DNA of 64,000 nt from NCBI GenBank assembly GCA_963796955.1, contig CAWCNJ010000008.1, positions 64,001-128,000 on the forward strand, in the 5' to 3' direction. This document shows, piece after piece, positions 58,019 to 64,000 of the stretch. Source of the DNA: Endomicrobiales bacterium. Lineage in GTDB: Bacteria; Elusimicrobiota; Endomicrobiia; Endomicrobiales; JALOBY01. Each line of letters opens with the position of its first letter. Within the stretch, counting starts at the first letter, position 1. The position numbers were made by a program, and so were the translations under genes. The notes below the pieces were generated by a model. The model was not told where the DNA came from. It saw only the letters and a program-made list of their open reading frames with translations, and searched no databases.

Positions 58019-59299
58019 ATGACGACAGTAAAAATTGAAAAGCTTGTGTTCGGCGGGCAGGCGTTGGCCCGGATGGAAAATAAAGTTGCGCTTGTCTGGA
58101 ATGCTTTGCCGGGCGAAGAAGTTGAAATAGAGATCTACAGAAAACAAAAGTCTTTTGTGGAAGCGATAGCCACGAAGATAATCACTCCATCACCCATTCG
58201 TGTGGAACCGAGCGAACCTCATTATCTTTGCTGCAGCCCCTGGCAGATACTTCCTTTTGCCGACGAAAATTACTGGAAAGAGCAGATCGCTCTTGAAACC
58301 TATCAAAAGATCGGCAGGATAACGCCTGTCGATGAACTCAAGATACTTTCAGATGCTTCACTCCAATACGGTTATCGAAACAAAATGGAGTACAGCTTCA
58401 CGACCAATGCGGAGGGAAAACTTTCCCTGGCTTTCTTTAAGCGCGGCACGCACCGCTACGAGGCGATCGAACCATGCACGCTGGCTCAGCCTCAGATGAA
58501 TGTGGTAGCCAAGCAGATACTCGCCTGGGTGGAGTCTAACAATATTCCGCTGCGTTCGCTGAAAACAATGCTGCTGCGGTCAAACCGTAAGGGTGAGGTG
58601 ATCGCGGCGCTTTTCATAAAGGATGAGTTGCCCTTTACCGTTTATCCTGAACTGAACTCAACGCTGAAAGGTTTTTCGCTGTTCCTCTCAAATTTCAGAT
58701 GTCCCGCGTCGGTCATCGACAAGGTTTTGTACACGACGGGCCAAAACCATCTGGTGGAATCGCTGAGGGGAATAGATATGAAGATCGGCCTAATGAGTTT
58801 CTTTCAGATCAATCCATCATTGTTTGAGACTGCGGTGGAAGAAATGGCTAACTGGGTAGAGACTGGTTCTAAACTTGTAGATTACTACAGCGGTGTTGGT
58901 TCGATCGGCATTCCAATGCAAAAAAACGCCGCATCCTGCGAACTGGTTGATATAAGTGAGGAGTCAGTAGCTTTTGCCAATGAGAATATTATTTCGTCAG
59001 GATTACAGGACCGCTACACGGCAAAAGCCATTCCCGCTGAAAAACTGACAGGTGTTATCGCTCATGACAAAACTATCGTCTTAGATCCTCCGAGAGCCGG
59101 CCTGCACGATAAGGTAGTGGCGCAGCTTCTTGCGGAGAAACCGGTGCGCATAATCTATATGTCCTGCAACATTTCTACCCACGCCAGGGACCTGGCCGCT
59201 TTGCAAACCTGCTATACTATTCGTACCATGAAACTGTATAATTTTTTCCCGAAGACCCCTCATTTTGAAGGGTTGTGCGTGCTGGACAGGAATGCCTAA
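58019..59299 (+). CDS. RNA (uracil-5-)-methyltransferase, RlmD/TrmA family with TRAM domain
   Basis: IEKLVFGGQ, ALPGEEV, YRNKMEY, SFFQIN, LDPPRAGL, YMSCN, FPKTPHFE. Confidence 0.9.
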   Translation: MTTVKIEKLVFGGQALARMENKVALVWNALPGEEVEIEIYRKQKSFVEAIATKIITPSPIRVEPSEPHYLCCSPWQILPFADENYWKEQIALETYQKIGRITPVDELKILSDASLQYGYRNKMEYSFTTNAEGKLSLAFFKRGTHRYEAIEPCTLAQPQMNVVAKQILAWVESNNIPLRSLKTMLLRSNRKGEVIAALFIKDELPFTVYPELNSTLKGFSLFLSNFRCPASVIDKVLYTTGQNHLVESLRGIDMKIGLMSFFQINPSLFETAVEEMANWVETGSKLVDYYSGVGSIGIPMQKNAASCELVDISEESVAFANENIISSGLQDRYTAKAIPAEKLTGVIAHDKTIVLDPPRAGLHDKVVAQLLAEKPVRIIYMSCNISTHARDLAALQTCYTIRTMKLYNFFPKTPHFEGLCVLDRNA

Positions 59300-59855
59300 A
59301 TTGAAACGCTTTATTTTGCCCCTTATTCTTCTGCTGGCCCCACACGCTGAGGCAGCGGAAAAGCTGGTGATAAAGAATTCAAAAACCTGCAGTTTGCGCG
59401 GCGAACCCTGTGCAACGTACGACGATATTATTATAGACGCAGCCACAAAACATAATGTTGACCCGGCGCTTGTTAAAGCAGTTATGCAGGCGGAATCTAA
59501 TTTCAATCCCCTGGATCGTTCCGGCAAAGGCGCCTGCGGCCTGATGCAGCTGATGCCGGCGACCGCCAGACTACTTGGAGTAAGGAATATCTATAATCCC
59601 GAAGAAAATATCTACGCCGGTGCCCAATACCTGCGCACCATGCTGGACATATTCAACGGCAATATAGAAAAAGCGGTAGCGGCCTATAACGCAGGCCCCG
59701 CGGTGGTCCAGAAATATTCCTCGATCCCACCCTACAGAGAAACGCGCGATTACGTCCGCCGGGTTAAAACTTACTTGAGCAGGTATGGAAAGAACGGCAA
59801 AGTAATTGACTACGTAGACGAAAATGGGAAATTGAACTTGTATAATGTCAAATAA
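59292..59855 (+). CDS. Lytic transglycosylase (SLT domain) with signal peptide
   Basis: AESNFNP, GACGLMQLMPATA, AAYNAGP, ETRDYV. Confidence 0.92.
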   Translation: MPKLKRFILPLILLLAPHAEAAEKLVIKNSKTCSLRGEPCATYDDIIIDAATKHNVDPALVKAVMQAESNFNPLDRSGKGACGLMQLMPATARLLGVRNIYNPEENIYAGAQYLRTMLDIFNGNIEKAVAAYNAGPAVVQKYSSIPPYRETRDYVRRVKTYLSRYGKNGKVIDYVDENGKLNLYNVK

Positions 59856-60534
59856 AACCTGGGACCTTATAGTGTCGGGCGCCCACTCCGGCCCTGAGAA
59901 TATGTCGCTCGATGAAGCGGCTTTTCAGCTGCTCATTGAGGGAAAGCTCGTTCGTCCGGTGCTGCGTTTTTATACATGGAGCGAACCTTGTATCACAATC
60001 GGTTATTTTCAGAAATATTGTGATTTTGTCGGCAAAATACCTGTCGTGCGGCGCCTTACCGGCGGTCTCGCGGTAAACCATTCAACTGATATTTCCTATT
60101 CGCTGGTTGTTTCCGAAGAATATCTTCCATGTGCTCGAGATCAGCAGAAAACCTACAGGATAATTCATTCAGCATTACGCCAAGGGTTATTGAACGCCGG
60201 GATAGCGACCGAATATTGCTCTAACGACGGCGATCTTAAAACCCCAATGTGCGTTGCCAGTGTGTTTGCGCATGACCTTGCCATAAAAGGAAGAAAGGTG
60301 CTGGGGTCCTGCCAACGGCGCAGAGGCAATGTGTTGCTGCAGCAGGGGTCCCTACATGTGACGTTTCCTAGAGGCACCGGCTTTGATCTTTTTGCACAAA
60401 CGATAGCCAGCGGGGTCGCGAAAACACTTCAGATCAATCTTGCCGGTTCCTCTGTTTCACAGAACCAACATTCCCTCGCTTCAAATCTTGCGGCCAATAA
60501 ATACTCTTCTATATTATGGAATTCGAAATTTTAG
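59845..60534 (+). CDS. Lipoate-protein ligase A / octanoyltransferase family protein
   Basis: NMSLDEA, LRFYTW, RRLTGG..V.H, GRKVLGS.QRR...LQQGS. Confidence 0.85.
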   Translation: MSNKTWDLIVSGAHSGPENMSLDEAAFQLLIEGKLVRPVLRFYTWSEPCITIGYFQKYCDFVGKIPVVRRLTGGLAVNHSTDISYSLVVSEEYLPCARDQQKTYRIIHSALRQGLLNAGIATEYCSNDGDLKTPMCVASVFAHDLAIKGRKVLGSCQRRRGNVLLQQGSLHVTFPRGTGFDLFAQTIASGVAKTLQINLAGSSVSQNQHSLASNLAANKYSSILWNSKF

Positions 60535-60561
60535 CATTTCCCGGCAAATAATAAAAATTCA

Positions 60562-60590
60562 TTGACAGTTCAGGCGTATTCACTTATAAT
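60562..60590 (+). promoter_or_regulatory. Perfect sigma70 promoter (TTGACA-N17-TATAAT) for the pil operon
   Basis: TTGACA 60562-60567, TATAAT 60585-60590. Confidence 0.85.
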
Positions 60591-60640
60591 TACATCAGAC
60601 AGGTGTATATGGAACTCATACAATACCGGAGCCAGTTCTA

Positions 60641-62347
60641 ATGCCCATATCTCCTCTACAGAAAAAATACCTCGGGGAAATACTCCTTCAGGCAGGACTT
60701 ATTGACCGCGTTCAGTTGCGGGATGCCCTTGCCGAACAACAATCCACTAAAGAAAAGTTAGGCGATATATTGCTCCAGCGCGGCTATATCTCGGAAGCCG
60801 ACCTTCAGCGCGGCTTGGCGCTCAGTTATGGTATACCTGCTGTTAAGCTTTCAGAACTCACCATACCAAAAGATGTAATATGCCTCATCTCTCCTCAAAC
60901 GGCAAAAAAATATAAAGTCATTCCTGTATCACACAATGGAGAGTCTCTTCAGCTTGCTATCTCAGACCCATCAAATATGCTTGCGTTGGATGAGGTGGAA
61001 GCTGAAACTAACCTTAAAATATCGACGGCCCTTTCTTCCGAGGCAGATATTACTTCTGCTCTCGAACGATATTATGCAGGCGCAATAATAGGCGCCACAG
61101 AAACTGCCGCCGAAGCCGCTGCTGTAGAAAATATTAAAAAAACTGACACAGATAGCGAACTTTCAGATGACGACCTTGAAGCCGCTGAAACCGCACCGAT
61201 CATTAAATACGTGAACGCTCTTTTTCAAGATGCCATAAACAAAGGCGCCAGTGATATTCATATTGAACCCGGTGAAAATTGTGTGTTCCTGCGTATGCGT
61301 GTTGATGGCGCTCTGCGAGAGCTGACCCCTCCGCCCTATAAATATCTATCGCCCATCGTCTCGCGTGTGAAGATCATGTCCAGCCTTGATATTGCTGAAC
61401 GTCGCTTGCCGCAGGATGGCAAATGCAAAATGAAGATCGGTGAAAAAAGAATTGACGTGCGCGTCTCAACCCTGCCGACCATCTATGGTGAGAAGGTTGT
61501 GCTGCGTATCCTTGACCGCGCCGGGATCTCACTTAAAATGTCCGATATCGGCCTCACTCCTCAGGACACTGAGGTTTTTCAGGAAATACTGAACAGCCCC
61601 CATGGTATGATACTGCTCACTGGCCCTACCGGAAGCGGTAAGACAACTACGCTGTATACCGGCCTTAGCTTTATTAACACCACTGATCGGAATATCGTTA
61701 CCGTCGAGGATCCCGTAGAATATGAACTAAAAAGCGTCAATCAGGTGCAGGTTCGTTCCAATATCGGTCTTACCTTTGCGAATGTGCTGCGTTCAGTCTT
61801 ACGCCAGGATCCAGACGTAATAATGGTCGGTGAAATTCGTGATAAAGAAACGGCTGAGATCGCTATACAGTCAGCCCTCACCGGACACCTTGTTCTATCA
61901 ACGTTGCATACGAACGATGCAGTAAGTTCATTGGCACGTTTGCGGTATATGGGAATAGAGCCTTTTTTGATAGCTGATGCGGTCGAACTGATAATCGCAC
62001 AACGCCTGGTAAGAAAAATTTGTCCGCATTGCAAGGAGCCCATAGAAGTACCGGAGCGTGTATTAGAACGTCTGGGCTATCCTAAGGGTGAGAAAATAAC
62101 GGTATATCACGGCAAAGGCTGCGACAAATGTTTTGGATCCGGCTATAAAGGCCGTACCGCGATCAATGAAGTGTTGAGGATGTCAAACAGACTTAGGAAA
62201 ATGATGCTTTCGGACGCCGGCGATGTGGAAATGAAGCAGGTAGCGATAGAAGAGGGCATGCGTACGCTTAGGGATCAAGCTATTTCAAAACTTATGCAGG
62301 GTATCACGACGATAGAAGAAGTTTTGACCATCACGACAACCTTTTAA
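60641..62347 (+). CDS. pilB: Type IV pilus assembly ATPase PilB (GspE/PulE family)
   Basis: MshEN-like LGEILL..G N-terminus, ASDIHIEP, GPTGSGKTTT, LRQDPD, CPHC...CDKC. Confidence 0.92.
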   Translation: MPISPLQKKYLGEILLQAGLIDRVQLRDALAEQQSTKEKLGDILLQRGYISEADLQRGLALSYGIPAVKLSELTIPKDVICLISPQTAKKYKVIPVSHNGESLQLAISDPSNMLALDEVEAETNLKISTALSSEADITSALERYYAGAIIGATETAAEAAAVENIKKTDTDSELSDDDLEAAETAPIIKYVNALFQDAINKGASDIHIEPGENCVFLRMRVDGALRELTPPPYKYLSPIVSRVKIMSSLDIAERRLPQDGKCKMKIGEKRIDVRVSTLPTIYGEKVVLRILDRAGISLKMSDIGLTPQDTEVFQEILNSPHGMILLTGPTGSGKTTTLYTGLSFINTTDRNIVTVEDPVEYELKSVNQVQVRSNIGLTFANVLRSVLRQDPDVIMVGEIRDKETAEIAIQSALTGHLVLSTLHTNDAVSSLARLRYMGIEPFLIADAVELIIAQRLVRKICPHCKEPIEVPERVLERLGYPKGEKITVYHGKGCDKCFGSGYKGRTAINEVLRMSNRLRKMMLSDAGDVEMKQVAIEEGMRTLRDQAISKLMQGITTIEEVLTITTTF

Positions 62348-62356
62348 GGATCATAT

Positions 62357-63436
62357 ATGGGTAATTCATTACTTGTTGAAATGCTGAAATATGCAATAGA
62401 AAAAGATGCAACCGATCTTCATCTGACGGCTGGTGTGCGCCCGTATGTACGTATTAACGGCCAGATGATAATGGCAGAACTGCCCATTTTAAGCACTGAA
62501 CAGTGTGATGCTCTTATGCTTGGTATGTTAACCGGCGAACAGACAAAATTGTTCGATAAGGAAAAAGTCATAGATTTTTCATTTGGCGAGCCCGGACTTG
62601 GCAGGTTTAGGGTGAACATTTATCAGCAACAGGGCACGCTCGCCGCGGCTATCCGTATTTTGCCGCATGACATACTGCCTATAGAACGACTAGGACTGCC
62701 CGTTGAACTGCCGAAAAAATTCTGTGAGCTCTCGAACGGCTTGATTTTGGTCTGCGGTCCCGTAGGCAGCGGAAAAACTACTACGCTGGCATCGATGATA
62801 AACCATATAAATCAAACAAGGAAAACGCACATAATCTCGATCGAAGACCCGATCGAGTATGTGCATAGGAATAGCAAGAGCCTAATACATCAACGTGAGA
62901 TACGCCGGGACACAAACAATTTCTATGATGCACTTAAATTTATTTTGCGTGAAGACCCTGATGTGGTTATTATTGGTGAAGTAAGAGATCTGGATACTAT
63001 ATCGTCAGCCTTAACTATTGCTGAAACAGGACATCTTGTGATGGCAACATTGCACACTGGTGATGCCAGCGAATCCATACGCAGGATAATAGACATGTAT
63101 CCACAGGTACAGCAAACCCAAATAGCATCTCAGCTCTCAAATGTACTTCTTGGCGTTATAAATCAGACCCTTGTGCCGACTGTTAACAACGGAAAACGGG
63201 TTCTTGCCAGCGAGGTTATGGTAGTAAACAGCGCAATTCAGAATATGATCCGTGAAAACAAGATCGAACAGATCTATTCGCACATTCAGACTGGAACCAA
63301 CCAGGGCATGCAAACAATGAACCAGTCCCTACAGGGCTATGTCCGGCGCGGGGTCGTTTCAAGAACTGTCGCGCTTGCACAAACAAAAAGGACAAAAGAA
63401 CTGGAAAAGCTGCTGGAAGGCGGTTCCTTTGCCTAA
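62357..63436 (+). CDS. pilT: Type IV pilus retraction ATPase PilT
   Basis: ATDLHL, GPVGSGKTTT, EDPIEY, LREDPD, AETGHLV, AIQNMIRE. Confidence 0.92.
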   Translation: MGNSLLVEMLKYAIEKDATDLHLTAGVRPYVRINGQMIMAELPILSTEQCDALMLGMLTGEQTKLFDKEKVIDFSFGEPGLGRFRVNIYQQQGTLAAAIRILPHDILPIERLGLPVELPKKFCELSNGLILVCGPVGSGKTTTLASMINHINQTRKTHIISIEDPIEYVHRNSKSLIHQREIRRDTNNFYDALKFILREDPDVVIIGEVRDLDTISSALTIAETGHLVMATLHTGDASESIRRIIDMYPQVQQTQIASQLSNVLLGVINQTLVPTVNNGKRVLASEVMVVNSAIQNMIRENKIEQIYSHIQTGTNQGMQTMNQSLQGYVRRGVVSRTVALAQTKRTKELEKLLEGGSFA

Positions 63437-64000
63437 TTATCTGTATAAAGCACGGAATGAAAATGGAGAACTTGTCCAAGGCTCCAGAATAGCCGTAACC
63501 GAAAGAGATCTGGCAATGCAGTTACGAGCTGAAAAATTATCGGTATTTTCTATCGATGGCTCCGGCGATCCGATGGGATCTTCTACTGTGGCCAGCTTAA
63601 AAGCGTCATTGAACAAACAATTTAAAAGCGGCGGCAAGATAACATATCAGGATATCGCAGTGTTTTGCCGTCAGCTTGCGACATTAATAAATGCTGGTGT
63701 CAGCATTTTGGACGCGATCGAGGACATCTCCGAGATGGTTTCTACACAGAAGTTCAAGGTGCTACTCAAAACAGTAGCTACAGACGTCCGTCAGGGAGAT
63801 ACTCTTTCAGGTGCATTAAGAAAACATGTTAAGGTTTTCGGAAAAATATTTATAGCGCTGGTGGCGGCCGGCGAGAAAAGTGGCCAGCTGGGCAAGGTTT
63901 TAAAAGACCTTTCCGCCTATATGGAAAATTCAGTAAAGCTGAGCGGCAAAGTAAAATCAGCAATGGCATACCCTACATTTGTTGCTGTTTTCTTTGTGGT
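63429..64000 (+). CDS. pilC: Type IV pilus platform protein PilC (GspF family), runs off the window end
   Basis: TTG start gives MPNYLYKARNENG...VFCRQLATLINAGVSIL...AGEKSGQL...KVKSAMAYP; absent from the ORF track because no stop is reached. Confidence 0.9.
   Translation, partial: MPNYLYKARNENGELVQGSRIAVTERDLAMQLRAEKLSVFSIDGSGDPMGSSTVASLKASLNKQFKSGGKITYQDIAVFCRQLATLINAGVSILDAIEDISEMVSTQKFKVLLKTVATDVRQGDTLSGALRKHVKVFGKIFIALVAAGEKSGQLGKVLKDLSAYMENSVKLSGKVKSAMAYPTFVAVFFV

Overview
Gene-dense bacterial chromosome segment from a diderm (LptF/G/E, outer-membrane barrels). Protein style suggests Elusimicrobiota, but that is an unverified inference. Most of the window is housekeeping: a surface-polysaccharide cluster around recA, metK-ahcY, gap/pgk/apgM-secG, four tRNAs, glgP, thrS-infC-rpmI-rplT-pheST, zapB/zapA-6S RNA-rarA-ygfA-rny, xseAB-ispA-dxs-tlyA, leuS-lptE-holA, rpsT, murJ, a short uvrC, and pilB-pilT-pilC running off the right edge. 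The standout is 11.2-22.9 kb. It holds a 1820-aa SprA-like (type IX secretion translocon-like) protein, a PorV/FadL/TraF-like beta-barrel, a TPR lipoprotein and an M6 metalloprotease ending in a T9SS/FlgD-type C-terminal domain, all clustered around lptFG. This is a candidate T9SS-related export module in an organism that does not look like Bacteroidota. Other oddities: a one-base frameshift in gap, infC apparently starting at GTA behind an L20-type leader, a 164-bp MITE-like element after the 6S RNA, a tRNA-derived inverted-repeat element, GTAG-type REPs, near-leaderless promoters, and an (AT)6 tract in the lptF promoter spacer. All family assignments come from motif recognition by eye, not database searches.
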